From Balanoglossus misakiensis (Eukaryota > Animalia > Hemichordata): a stretch of DNA of 64,000 nucleotides. This document shows positions 28,001 to 42,000 of the stretch, one piece after another. Positions within the stretch are counted from its first letter, which is position 1, and the number at the start of each line of letters is the position of its first letter. Location of the stretch: assembly GCA_040954595.2 (NCBI GenBank), contig CM082579.2, positions 8,297,625-8,361,624 of the forward strand. The letters are read 5' to 3'. Below the pieces are notes generated by a model. It had not been told where the DNA came from. It was given only the letters and a program-made list of their open reading frames with translations, and did no database searches. A program made the position numbers and the translations under genes.

Positions 28001-31000
28001 CATTTTTTTGAAAAAACCATGGGTTATAGCTCATGAAAATCATCCAAAAATGACAATTTTCCGACTTTGCGAAATATCAAAATTTCTTCATTTTTTTGAA
28101 AAAACCATGGGTTATAGCTCATGAAATCATCCAAAAATGACAATTTTCCGACTTTGCGAAATATCAAAATTTCTTCATTTTTTTGAAAAAAAACATGGGT
28201 TATAGCTCATGAAAATCATCCAAAAATGACAATTTTTCGACTTTGCGAAATATCAAAATTTCTTCATTTTTTTGAAAAAACCATGGGTTATAGCTCATGA
28301 AAATCATCCAAAAATGACAATTTTTCGACTTTGCGAAATATCAAAATTTCTTCATTTTTTGAAAAAACCATGGGTTATAGCTCATGAAAATCATCCAAAA
28401 ATGACAATTTTTCGACTTTGCGAAATATCAAAATTTCTTCATTTTTTTGAAAAAACCATGGGTTATAGCTCATGAAAATCATCCAAAAATGACAATTTTC
28501 GACTTTGCGAAATATCAAAATTTCTTCATTTTTTTGAAAAAACCATGGGTTATAGCTCATGAAAATCATCCAAAAATGACAATTTTTCGACTTTGCGAAA
28601 TATCAAAATTTCTTCATTTTTTGAAAAAACCATGGGTTATAGCTCATGAAAATCATCCAAAAATGACAATTTTTCGACTTTGCGAAATATCAAAATTTCT
28701 TCATTTTTTGAAAAAACCATGGGTTATAGCTCATGAAAATCATCCAAAAATGACAATTTTTCGACTTTGCGAAATATCAAAATTTCTTCATTTTTTTGAA
28801 AAAACCATGGGTTATAGCTCATGAAAATCATCCAAAAATGACAATTTTTCGACTTTGCGAAATATCAAAATTTCTTCATTTTTTGAAAAAACCATGGGTT
28901 ATAGCTCATGAAAATCATCCAAAAATGACAATTTTTCGACTTTGCGAAATATCAAAATTTCTTCATTTTTTTGAAATAACCATGGGTTATAGCTCATGAA
29001 AATCATCCAAAAATGACAATTTTTCGACTTTGCGAAATATCAAAATTTCTTCATTTTTTTGAAAAAAACCATGGGTTATAGCTCATGAAAATCATCCAAA
29101 AATGACAATTTTTCGACTTTGCGAAATATTAAAATTTCTTCATTTTTTTGAAAAAACCATGGGTTATAGCTCATGAAAATCATCCAAAAATGACAATTTT
29201 CCGACTTTGCGAAATATTAAAATTTCTTCATTTTTTGAAAAAACCATGGGTTATATAGCTCATGAAAATCATCCAAAAATGACAATTTTCCGACTTTGCG
29301 AAATATCAAAATTTCTTCATTTTTTGAAAAAACCATGGGTTATATAGCTCATGAAAATCATCCAAAAATGACAATTTTCCGACTTTGCGAAATATCAAAA
29401 TTTTCTTCATTTTTTTGAAAAAACCATGGGTTATAGCTCATGAAAATCATCCAAAAATGACAATTTTTCGACTTTGCGAAATATCAAAATTTCTTCATTT
29501 TTTTGAAAAAAACCATGGGTTATAGCTCATGAAATTCATCCAAAAATGACAATTTTTCGACTTTGCGAAATATCAAAATTTCTTCATTTTTTTGAAAAAA
29601 ACATGGGTTATAGCTCATGAAATTCATCCAAAAATGACAATTTTTCGACTTTGCGAAATATCAAAATTTCTTCATTTTTTTGAAAAAAACATGGGTTATA
29701 GCTCATGAAAATCATCCAAAAATGACAATTTTTCGACTTTGCGAAATATCAAAATTTCTTCATTTTTTTGAAAAAACCATGGGTTATATAGCTCATGAAA
29801 ATCATCCAAAAATGACAATTTTTCGACTTTGCGAAATATCAAAATTTCTTCATTTTTTGAAAAAACCATGGGTTATAGCTCATGAAAATCATCCAAAAAT
29901 GACAATTTTTCGACTTTGCGAAATATCAAAAATTTCTTCATTTTTTGAAAAAACCATGGGTTATAGCTCATGAAAATCATCCAAAAATGACAATTTTTCG
30001 ACTTTGCGAAATATCAAAATTTCTTCATTTTTTTGAAATAACCATGGGTTATAGCTCATGAAAATCATCCAAAAATGACAATTTTTCGACTTTGCGAAAT
30101 ATCAAAATTTCTTCATTTTTTTGAAAAAACCATGGGTTATAGCTCATGAAAATCATCCAAAAATGACAATTTTTCGACTTTGCGAAATATTAAAATTTCT
30201 TCATTTTTTTGAAAAAACCATGGGTTATAGCTCATGAAAAACATCCAAAAATGACAATTTTCCGACTTTGCGAAATATTAAAATTTCTTCATTTTTTGAA
30301 AAAACCATGGGTTATATAGCTCATGAAAATCATCCAAAAATGACAATTTTCCGACTTTGCGAAATATCAAAATTTCTTCATTTTTTTGAAAAAACCATGG
30401 GTTATAGCTCATGAAAATCATCCAAAAATGACAATTTTTCGACTTTGCGAAATATCAAAATTTCTTCATTTTTTTGAAAAAACCATGGGTTATAGCTCAT
30501 GAAATTCATCCAAAAATGTCAATTTTTCGACTTTGCGAAATATCAAAATTTCTTCATTTTTTTGAAAAAAACATGGGTTATAGCTCATGAAATTCATCCA
30601 AAAATGACAATTTTTCGACTTTGCGAAATATCAAAATTTCTTCATTTTTTTGAAAAAAACATGGGTTATAGCTCATGAAAATCATCCAAAAATGACAATT
30701 TTTCGACTTTGCGAAATATTAAAATTTCTTCATTTTTTTGAAAAAACCATGGGTTATAGCTCATGAAAATCATCCAAAAATGACAACTTTTCGACTTTGC
30801 GAAATATTAAAATTTCTTCATTTTTTGAAAAAACCATGGGTTATATAGCTCATGAAAATCATCCAAAAATGACAATTTTTCGACTTTGCGAAATATTAAA
30901 ATTTCTTCATTTTTTTGAAAAAACCATGGGTTATAGCTCATGAAAATCATCCAAAAATGACAATTTTTCGACTTTGCGAAATATTAAAATTTCTTCATTT

Positions 31001-33093
31001 TTTTGAAAAAACCATGGGTTATAGCTCATGAAAATCATCCAAAAATGACAATTTTTCGACTTTGCGAAATATCAAAATTTCTTCATTTTTTTTAAAAAAC
31101 CATGGGTTATAGCTCATGAAAATCATCCAAAAATGACAATTTTTCGACTTTGCGAAATATCAAAATTTCTTCATTTTTTTGAAAAAACCATGGGTTATAG
31201 CTCATGAAAATCATCCAAAAATGACAATTTTTCGACTTTGCGAAATATTAAAATTTCTTCATTTTTTGAAAAAACCATGGGTTATATAGCTCATGAAAAT
31301 CATCCAAAAATGACAATTTTCCGACTTTGCGAAATATCAAAATTTCTTCATTTTTTTGAAAAAACCATGGGTTATATAGCTCATGAAAATCATCCAAAAA
31401 TGACAATTTTCCGACTTTGCGAAATATCAAAATTTCTTCATTTTTTGAAAAAACCATGGGTTATAGCTCATGAAAATCATCCAAAAATGACAATTTTTCG
31501 ACTTTGCGAAATATCAAAATTTCTTCATTTTTTTGAAAAAACCATGGGTTATAGCTCATGAAAATCATCCAAAAATGACAATTTTTCGACTTTGCGAAAT
31601 ATCAAAATTTCTTCATTTTTTTGAAAAAACCATGGGTTATAGCTCATGAAATTCATCCAAAAATGACAATTTTTCGACTTTGCGAAATATCAAAATTTCT
31701 TCATTTTTTTGAAAAAAACATGGGTTATAACTCATGAAAATCATCAAAATATGACGATTTTCCGAATTTGCGAATTTTCGAAATTTCGTCAATTTTTGAA
31801 AAAAATCATGGGTTATAGCTCATGAAAATCATCAAAAAATGACAATTTTTCGACTTTGCGAAATATTAAAATTTCTTCATTTTTTTGAAAAAACCATTGG
31901 TTATAGCTCATGAAAATCATCCAAAAATGACAATTTTTCGACTTTGCGAAATATTAAAATTTCTTCATTTTTTGAAAAAACCATGGGTTATAGCTCATGA
32001 AAATCATCCAAAAATGACAATTTTCCGACTTTGCGAAATATCAAAATTTCTTCATTTTTTGAAAAAACCATGGGTTATAGCTCATGAAAATCATCCAAAA
32101 ATGACAATTTTTCGACTTTGCGAAATATCAAAATTTCTTCATTTTTTTGAAAAAACCATGGGTTATAGCTCATGAAAATCATCCAAAAATGACAATTTTT
32201 CGACTTTGCGAAATATCAAAATTTCTTCACTTTTTTGAAAAAACCATGGGTTATAAATAGCTCATGAAAATCATCCAAAAATGACAATTTTTCGACTTTG
32301 CGAAATATTAAAATTTCTTCATTTTTTTAAAAAAACCATGGGTTATAGCTCATGAAAATCATCCAAAAATGACAATTTTCCGACTTTGCGAAATATCAAA
32401 ATTTCTTCATTTTTTTTAAAAAACCATGGGTTATAGCTCATGAAAATCATCCAAAAATGACAATTTTTCGACTTTGCGAAATATCAAAATTTCTTCATTT
32501 TTTTGAAAAAACCATGGGTTATAGCTCATGAAAATCATCCAAAAATGACGATTTTCCGAATTTGAGAATTTTCGAAAGTTCTTCGATTTTTGAAAAAAAT
32601 CATGGGTTATAACTCATGAAAATCTTCAAAATATGACGATTTTCCGAGTTTGCGAATTTTCGTCAATTTTTGAAAAAAATCATGGGTTATAGCTCATGAA
32701 AATCATCAAAAAATGACAATTTTGTGACTGTGCGAATTTTCAAAATTTCTTCATTTTATTTAAAAAATCATGGGTTATAGCTCACGAAAATCATCAAAAA
32801 ATGACAATTTTGTGACTGTGCGAATTTTCAAAATTTCTTCATTTTATTTAAAAAATCATGGGTTATAGCTCATGAAAATCATCAAAAAATGACGATTTTC
32901 CGACTTTGCGAATTTTCGAAATTTCGTCAATTTTTGAAAAAAATCATGGGTTATAGCTCATGAAAATCATCAAAAAATGACAATTTTGCGACTCTGCGAA
33001 TTTTCAAAATTTGTTCATTTTATTTAAAGAATCATGGGTTATAGCTCATGAAAATCATCAAAAAATGACAATTTTGCGACTTTGCGAATTTTC
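10100..33093. repeat. Tandem satellite DNA array, 88-bp monomer, ~260 head-to-tail copies (~23 kb)
   Basis: Consensus CATGGGTTATAGCTCATGAAAATCATCCAAAAATGACAATTTTTCGACTTTGCGAAATATCAAAATTTCTTCATTTTTTTGAAAAAAC repeats without spacers. Variants are SNPs, homopolymer indels and a TA insertion (GGGTTATATAGC). Confidence 0.99.
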
Positions 33094-35712
33094 ACAGCTC
33101 GTCGTGAGATGTCAAACAGACAGACTGAGTGAGGAGTAATTAGCGCAAAAGAAATATCCTGATTAGAAAACATAGAGAAGACTGCTCCTTCATAACAACT
33201 GTCATGCCGGATAAACTTCTGTGTATTAAACGAACCACCCGACGTGCAATAAATTATTTAATTTTTTGATGATCGAGTTTTGTACAATTATAAGGTTTAA
33301 TCTCACGCGGCAACAATTTGATAAGTGTTTGTGTAGGAAAGTGTTGTTTAATTAAATCTGATGTATACTGCTGTAAAATGTACGCCTGTTAACATTAATC
33401 AGACTTTGCTCTCGATTAACCTTACCTCAGGTCTGCCATAGAAGCAACACACTGTAAACCTATATACGTGAACAACGTCATTATTTGAATACAATGTCAC
33501 ATTGTGGACTGTACGTGTGATGTTACAACCCGTGAAAGCACTTCAGTTGTTGTTGTAAAGAATTGTCACTCTGACTCAACATTCTATAAAGCTCATATTG
33601 ACTTCTACAAGGCTTGCGGGGTCAACTCTGATCAATGGTATTAACTTGTCAGAAAGCATGAATTCCCCATGATGTCTCGCCTGTTTTACTTCGAGGATTG
33701 CGAGGAACGACCCATGGGTACCCATAGGCAAGGGACACATATCTAAACTGCCATCTCTAGCTAAATACAGACTGTTAGGTCGATTTTATTGATGTGAATG
33801 GCGTTGGTTACTTAATAACAGACTTTAATGCATGTGATTGCTGTGAACCGCCAGTTTTCGGTCCGCCTCGTACGGCCCTACTAGATCGAGAAATAGTTTA
33901 TGAAGTGTTTTTGTAAGCTGTCCCGTTGGCAAATGTAGAAGGGTCAGAAAATCCCATGGTTATTACAATGCAAGTCAACACGTGGTTGTGAGCTCGGCTT
34001 GCACATCCAGATCTCACCTGGACAGTTAACCGAATACAACCGTTTTAAAATGTGACCAATACGTACAACTTACTACATTGCTTGAGATTGATATTACCAC
34101 TGAGAATAGGATTTGGATTTTTGTTTGCAAACTCTTCGTCATGATAAGAGGGATCGATTTCCTTCCTTTCGTCGTGCGCATACCAAATGTCTCTTGTGAT
34201 ATACAATGTACCATAGTGCATCTATTTTCTGTGGAACTGTTCTCTCAGAATTTGTACGGAGAGTACGAGTTTCACTTTAATTGAAGGAGTCCATCCAAGC
34301 TCTAATCCCATTATCTCCAGCTTTTGAAGTGAAACGACAGTCATTAATTGCGTTTTGGAACGATATAAACTGTCAAGAGTTGAGTGCTTATGAGCGTGCG
34401 TCGTTCCAAAGGAACTGTCTCATCTTCACAGTAAACCACCTCAGCCTTGATTGATAGGATCATTCGACTGACTGGAGGTACATGTATCCACCTTGAAGTT
34501 TGTGACAACCGAGTTCCAAATGGATTCCCTGACCCGAGCGCGGGGGGGGGGGGGACTCCACTGCCGGTGACTGATGTGCCTCCGCGTTAATTATTGACGA
34601 TATTGTCGCCGTCGCTGAAAAAAAAAACTATGCGTCGGAAGCATCCCCTTGATCGATCCGAGGCACCCGTCAAATCGGCAAAGTGCTCGTTAAGTGGAAA
34701 GTATTCTCCCAGGGCTTTCCACGGATATTAAACAAAGACACGCTTAGGAAGTGGACATTTATTGTGTTTCGTCGAAAAAAATGACGCTAATTGCGAATAC
34801 ATTGTTTGAATGCAAATGAGGAAGGCAGCGAACACGTGTACACAAAACAACCACACACAAACATCATGACTATATGTGACTGTTTTCACCGGATCTGCAA
34901 AACCTGTTTACTAAGACTACATGCCACGTGTCAACATCTGTTGAAACATTTCTCAAAATATTCGCAGATAAAAACACATTCGGGAAAAACTGTGTACGAC
35001 ACCATTATCCTCAACGTCGAATATGAATAAGTTTTAAGGCTTTCGGTGAATCAATTATATTTTTCCAAAAGAATGAAAAATGGATATGGTTCTAACCATT
35101 ACAGAATGACTTTTAACTGACATGCATCGAAACGTTTAATCAACAACTAATGGAGCATGTTGGAATTGAAAACGAAAACGGACAGGTCACGTGGTCTTGA
35201 TGACACTGTATCAATGAGTATAGGCCTATAATGCACCTTTTGCTCTTTAGGTAAGTCTGAACCCTGTATATACAAAACCATACAGAGGAAACCAGTGCGG
35301 TTTAATATGATCAGTTTAGTAAAACAAAACAAAACAAAACAATGCTATTTACATTTTTCATATTGACCCTTTCGATTCAGAATCCACTGGAGCATCGGTT
35401 ACAACGAACATTTCGCTTGTTTTGACGATGCAATGCATAGTGTACTGATGACTCTATTATCTTGATCGGTTGCTAACTTCCAGTCGTGTTTGCTTGATAA
35501 ATTTGTTAAATAGTATTACACGCTGAAATGCGCCGCGCATTGAGAAGAGAAGGGAGAGTTTACGTGACTTGCGTACCAACGCAAACCAGGAAAGGGATAA
35601 ATAACGCTCAGCTGTTCTGTCTTTCTAAATTAATTTCAAGACCGGCAAGCGGAGGGGCCTGAATGACCTTGATGCGGGGATGTTGGTTCGCCCAGTCAAA
35701 CGCTGGTGTTTC

Positions 35713-35768
35713 GTCGTCACGTGACGACATGCAAAGTTAAAATCACTGCTCTGCCACATATATATACA
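35713..35768 (+). promoter_or_regulatory. Candidate proximal promoter of the receptor gene: palindromic E-box plus TATA-like tract
   Basis: Perfect 16-bp palindrome GTCGTCACGTGACGAC (35713-35728) followed ~30 bp later by CATATATATAC, about 180-230 bp upstream of the ATG at 35945, in a locally CpG-rich region. Confidence 0.4.
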
Positions 35769-35944
35769 CGTATTGATGATTCTGGTTTCTATGCCCGGTG
35801 TCTGACTCTGCGCTTGGCGACGTACGAAGCAATCAACAAACTCTCTACGCAGACTCTGTTGTTCAGCAGCACGATCATTTGAGTCGCCGCCGCCGTCGGG
35901 CGCAGCACGTATTCTCCGTCTATTCCCCGGGCCGTATCCCAACC

Positions 35945-36030
35945 ATGCTGGGTGCCAACGTTGCCCGTCGCTGCACAGCCGTGATCGGGCTCTGCCTGGT
36001 CCTCGTGCCGAATTTCGTGCAGTCCGCCGC
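35945..36030 (+). CDS. GLRA-like: GlyR-alpha-like exon 1 (signal peptide [28 protein letters not shown])
   Basis: ACCATG context, basic then hydrophobic core ending in small residues, donor GC|GTGAGT; phase 2 matches exon 2. Confidence 0.85.
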
Positions 36031-39000
36031 GTGAGTAGACCATTTCTCGGGGCACGGGGTTCCCAATTTCGCCATGGCCAGCGCAATTTTCTTCCGCACA
36101 CGCCGGAGAACATTCACGGCTTATAACAAACGTAGAAATTGACCGCGTCGGCGTAACATATTCCTGCAACTGTATCAATTGCTTCGACGGGAAATTTGTG
36201 TTTTGTGTCGAGCTTTATTGGGGTCATAATATCTAGGAGGCATTGCTTTGCCTTTGCTTATCCGTTCAATTTCCCAACCATTAGCAATTTCTAATAACCG
36301 ATTGTATATATGTAATTGCCGGCGTTAATGATTTGCAAATGGCGCCTAAATCGTCCGTCACACAGATCAATACAAAAGAGTTAATTTTCTCGGGTGATGC
36401 GACAGACGCTGGAAGTCTCTGTCTTCTCAATTTGACTGTTTGTGTCTTTATCCTTTTTTCGTGACAGGAATAAGACCGAAGACGAGCGGAAACAGAGCGA
36501 ATTCCTCGACAACCTATTCAAAAATTACGACAGCAGGATTCGGCCGAATTTCAACGGTAGGTGGATCACACATCACGAGTGTTTAATTCATCTGCTTAAA
36601 ACATTTCGTAGTTCCGTATGAAAGGTAATTATGTTTCAACGCAAAAGGTAGGATGGAGTTATGGTGTTTGCACGTGACATTGGGATTTGTGGATGCTTAT
36701 CCTTGCCTTTATTAAAATACAATCATGGAAAGTTATTCGCTGAAGCTGGTGTTACCGGTGCCCACTGAATTATGCCATTGTCAAGTTTAAAATCTCTAAT
36801 ATCAACACAGATTCAGTTTGTTGATTTCTCATCATCATATAGATAGCTTCATCTAGTTGTTTGCCATGGCATATACCCGCTGCTTCCGTCTCTATGCTAT
36901 GATTTGGTTATCAGACAGATAACGGGGGAGAATAACGCTGCATTTGCATATAAAATGTCCAATACCTGGTTGTTTCCATTTCCTGGAATTCGCAGACAAT
37001 TTCCTACAATATCAGAAATTCAATCATCCCTTTTATGTCGACCGCGCGGTGTCGGCTGTCAAGGCGGTTTTATTACCTGCACGGGAAGGGACTATCAGCT
37101 AAGGGGGCCCGCTGTGTATATGATTCCTTTTCACTGACTCCGTCGATCCGCTGCGCCACTCTGGTGCGACCATCTATCACGATCGTAATCCCGACAGAGT
37201 TAATTCCGTCAGGAGGGGTTTCGCTAAAATGTGAAAATATACTCCGTGGTGAGTTTTACGGTTGGCGGAATAATGCGATAACAAATCCGACGGGCCATGC
37301 CACACGGAAAAATTCCAAAGCGGTATTAAGCAGTAAAATGGTCGTGTCTCTCACCGATGATAAAACAAACTCTCCTCTGTGTCCTGCCGCTCGTAAAAAA
37401 AATAGACAACGTCAATCTACGAGTGGCTCATCGACTCAATTGCCATTCATAATCACCGTTATGGCAGTTAGTTCTTTCGTGTCAACACGTCGCAATTAGC
37501 TCGCCGAGAGAAGTGGCATCGCAGATCAAGATTAAAGAGCCTTGAAAGGAGCCTGTTTTCATGTGAATATTTCCATCATCGCCTTTATCGACACATCACG
37601 AGATCAAATGCTGCCTACGGGTCGTGAATGTTTGATCCTGGCCCATTTAGCGGATTCTGACGGACACGCGAGTAGTCACCTATATAATACAGCGCGCCAT
37701 TTTGGTTTACTTACTGCTGTGTGTCATCGTCACGAAGTAAATTTGCGTTCACAACCAGAGTGAACGCTGCGGCCGTCGTCGGCAACGCAGCGAACGAGCT
37801 TCAACTCGGTGCACTGTTGTTTTCATGATCGTATTACTTTAAGAGTTTCAATTCAATCTAGCTATCGCCAGTGGAACAGCTGACTGACCAACGCATTAGA
37901 CGATGAAGTTGATCGAACGATAGGGACATCGCTTCGGGGAGGTAATTTTAACGATAAAGCTTCAGCGCTGCACCTTTATCAGCGGTTTCAATGTCCCAGC
38001 AGATACATGTATATACATGTACATGTAAGACGCGAGCGAAGCCCACGGCAAACCTGAGTTAATACTTTTAAATACCGAGATGACAGAGAATCGCATCCGT
38101 TTCCACCGTGCTTTTGCTGAGGGGATCGACTCACTGCAATGTTAATATCTGCAACAACGCCTGTCGTATTCTTAGACTCCGCTCTTCCACAGTACGCTCC
38201 AGGACGAGTTTAAAACTGAGAATGAAACTTGCAGTTCTCATTTTCAACTGTATGCCGACTTCACGGACCCCCCTTTTCTCTCAAAGTCACGGTCGATGTC
38301 GCAAATATCAGTAACGTGTCACGTTACCGTGGCTATAGACTACCACGCTCTTGTATATATATCGTATACATTAAAAGCTATAATCATTTGCATCGTTCCC
38401 TTGATCGATTAAATTATCATACTGTTATGCATTGTAATCACTCAACAACGATCTGAGGCTCACTAAATTATTTGCTTATCTTGTGTCAAAATGTAATCCG
38501 CTGTCAACTTGCAAATTACCAATAATTCCCCTATTCAATCAGAGATCGTTAATCATGAGACAGTTTCATAACAAATTTGATGTGCAGGTATAGGTCGCAG
38601 CTTATAGCATATAGGCCTATCCCCAGCTAGTTTTTATGCGACAAGTGAACAAAAAAGTGAAGGCGGGAAATGAGCACAACTCTCCACCAGGATGGCAATG
38701 TTTTCTTATAATATTGTATCGATTTAAGAAGTGATTGCGAAATGACCCCTCCTTGAGGAACCGCTACACACTTAGTGTTCCAAGAATTACATCTACGATG
38801 CCAGCTCCGCATGGAATATACATTGTACGTGTACGACGCAAGAGGTCTGCCGAGCGTTGACATCTTAATAGGCTTGAAATTTTGACGAGTCCTTGGCTGA
38901 ACTCTTTGCTGAAATCTTTTGTTTTATTCAGACGGTGTACAAATGAGACTGCCGGCAATTAGCTTTCCTCTCTGACTGCCGCTAATTGTGTTAGGGTTAA

Positions 39001-42000
39001 TTAATTATCAAACGTTTTTCTCTCGTAATTGGCCGACGGAATGTAATCAAATTTTATGGCCAATCTAGTAGAGTAAAGATCCCGTACAGCGCAGAGTCCG
39101 TCACAAATATTTGTGACGGACATGACGGTACCTTGCTGCTGTTACATTAGCTTTGCAGTATGTACCTTATTGGTTCATTATGAAATCGACCGAAATGGTC
39201 GATGTACCAGCGCCGTGTGTACCGCGGATATTGATTTACGCGTAACCCGGTAAGATTAATCGTGCGTGGTCGCCATGTCTTGACATACCTCTAGCAGAAT
39301 AATTGCAAAAAAGCTCTGTAGTTAGTCTGGCTTTCAGAGGTAGACTTTCATTCTCAGGATGATTTATTCAGCTCAACCTATTCAGACAAGGCAATCGATA
39401 TCCTGACCCATGGACCATTTTCGCTGGATATAAATAACGTATTTTATCTGATTTTTCTATGGAAACAAATTAGGCATGTACTAAAGTGGTCACGCGTTTG
39501 CTCATTTCAGCGACTCCATTAAATGATAAATTCAAACTGTTTACTTACCTAGGGGGCCACCATGCAGAAGAAATGAGTTACCCGCAGGAAATATTATGTG
39601 GATGGTTAGTCATATGAAAAGTAAAAGGCGAAGTACGTCTCAGACAGGATTTGTGAAGAAATCACGAATATTGTGGATTTGCAGTGATATACAAGTCCAT
39701 ATCATTGATAAACGCCAATGCAATCTGGTGCAAACCGTCAAAATGAAGTGGCAGCGTATGTTTTGTTGTATACAGACTGTTTGTACCTGGATTTATTTAT
39801 TCCAATAGCGGACGCCGAATTAGTTTTCATTTAAATTCGTACGACTCATTACAATCGATCTAAGTTTATAAAGTGCGACTGACAAACAGGCTAGGTAGCA
39901 TGTTGAATTGAAATATCCCTAAATCTCCTTGTATTGCACGGCTTGAATACAAAGAATTGGTTTTCTTCATCCAGATGAAAACGTAATCCCACTGTGACAC
40001 ATGCATGATACATTTTTGTGAGGGTCCGAAAAATGGTACAGTCTGTTATAAATAAATTAACCGTATACCTCTCTGTGGGATTTTAAGGAAACACTCACGC
40101 TTTATGATTGAGTCCAAGACAAAGATAAACCAAGTCCCTGTACGCGATATGCCTGGAACGGTGTTAATTTACACGGTACAGTCATTCCAAAATAATAGCA
40201 TTCACAGTAGTGAAGCCCCATTGTATAAAAGAGGATTTGATGAACAGTATACCTGTAACAGTCAATATATGTACGCACGATGAATCTCAATTTGTGAATG
40301 ATTTACAAGGACGTCTACTGGGCAATCAGTACCAACTTATCACAGTTACTAAATTTATTTTCAAAACGCTAGGTACCAAAGTTTCGAATCGCTTCGGCTG
40401 TCACACCGAACAAATGTCGTTATCATATATGACAGAACGAATCGTGGAAAAGTGCCAACGGGAGACGAGCATCATCCCTTTTAATTAGACACCCTCAGCA
40501 TCGTTTTTAGAACGCAGTAATTCACTTCATTAGTCCCCGCGGGCTCGAAGCCCAAGGAATCTTAAAGATTCGCCCTCTGTCTGTCCACCTGCAGTCAGAC
40601 ATGCATAAACGTTCCACTCCGACGAAAGATGGATGATGTACTTGACGGACGTACGTGCGCGCACATCGACGCTCTTCGCGACAAGCCCCAAAACATCATT
40701 GAATGGCTCCGTTTGTTTGTCTGTATATAGTCATATTAATAATTAATTAATTTCTTGCTGATCCGGTGTGACTTTTGTTATATGCATTGTATACATTTAA
40801 TGGAATGATTTCAAGTTGTGATATTGTCACGTCCAAATGGCAATTTCAATTGGAGATTGATCAGGGAAACGTAGTGAGATTATATTTTCTCTAATGAGAA
40901 AATCAGTGTAATTAAGTGATTGTGATCTTATACCTATTGCTTACATTACCGGAGCTGATGACACTATCTTCAAAATCTGGACTTTTAAAAAATCACTTTG
41001 CATTGCATGATGATTTGTGAAAATTAGAAATGTGCGTGTGGTTGATGAATGAGGTCTTATCAACTCCAACGGAAAAGATTACAGTTTGTGCATTTTCACA
41101 ATCTTTGTAAATCAGGGTTCATCCGGATATTGATGTGATAATAATATGTTTGATGATGGTGACACAGATCTGAAGTTAGGCTTTGTCAAAGACAATAACA
41201 AATCTAGAACTAAACTTCTACTGGAAACATGAAGGCATGTGCATGCGGAAACATGTACATATACACTTTTTGTTTAAAGATCCACGCAATCTCTCCCTTT
41301 TTTATTTTCATGATTTTGCTTTCAAACCTCGATTGGTCGATGCTTTAAATAAGCTGACTGATGCGTATACACATACATGTACGTGTTATGAACCTCTGAT
41401 TGCGTATGTACGTTGAAATGTTAATATGTTAAATAATAGTCGGGTGCCACACCCGTTTATTCAGCCTCCCCTAGCAAGGGTTCACAACTATCGTGTTATG
41501 CAGGCACGCCATTGGAATCACCACAAACTCAAAATGGAGTCATAAAATATGCCACATATGTCGCAGCTATTGATGTTTCGTGTTTAAACACTATATTACA
41601 GCACTTTATAAAAAACAGCAGCCATCAATAACTCAACAGATGTTGTAAAAGATCATGCATGGTACCAATGCGTTAAAGTGACAATACATTTCAAACTATA
41701 ATATTTGTTTCGTTTTTGAGCAATACAAATATCACCTCATAAATACAAATGCTATCCACCAGCCGGCAACAATTCTGCATATATGCAATGAATGCATACA
41801 GCATTCAGAGACAAACGAAGTTCAATCCATCACAAGGCCGTGTATATAGGCTGTTTCCATTTGCATCACAAACAACTACATACAGACAGTCGCATCTGTG
41901 TTACCTTTGATGCACGTGCCATAAATCATTAAAAGAGAGACGGGCTGGACTACACCAGCCGGCGAACTTGCTTTGCGTTTGCCGATCTGTTGCACGAATA

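Noticed and set aside
10100-33093. CRISPR array or repeat-protein gene (many 'KKPWVIAHENHPK' ORFs)
   Set aside because: There are no unique spacers. The 88-bp unit is not a multiple of 3, and the ORFs arise only where homopolymer indels give 87- or 90-bp units.
33095-33112. CAGCTCGTCGTGAGATGT resembles a conserved bacterial 16S rRNA segment
   Set aside because: Only ~18 nt with a gap, and the flanks show no rRNA similarity; treated as chance.
35625-36178. Minus-strand ORFs of 162 and 129 aa over receptor exon 1
   Set aside because: By-products of the GC-rich first exon; no motifs.
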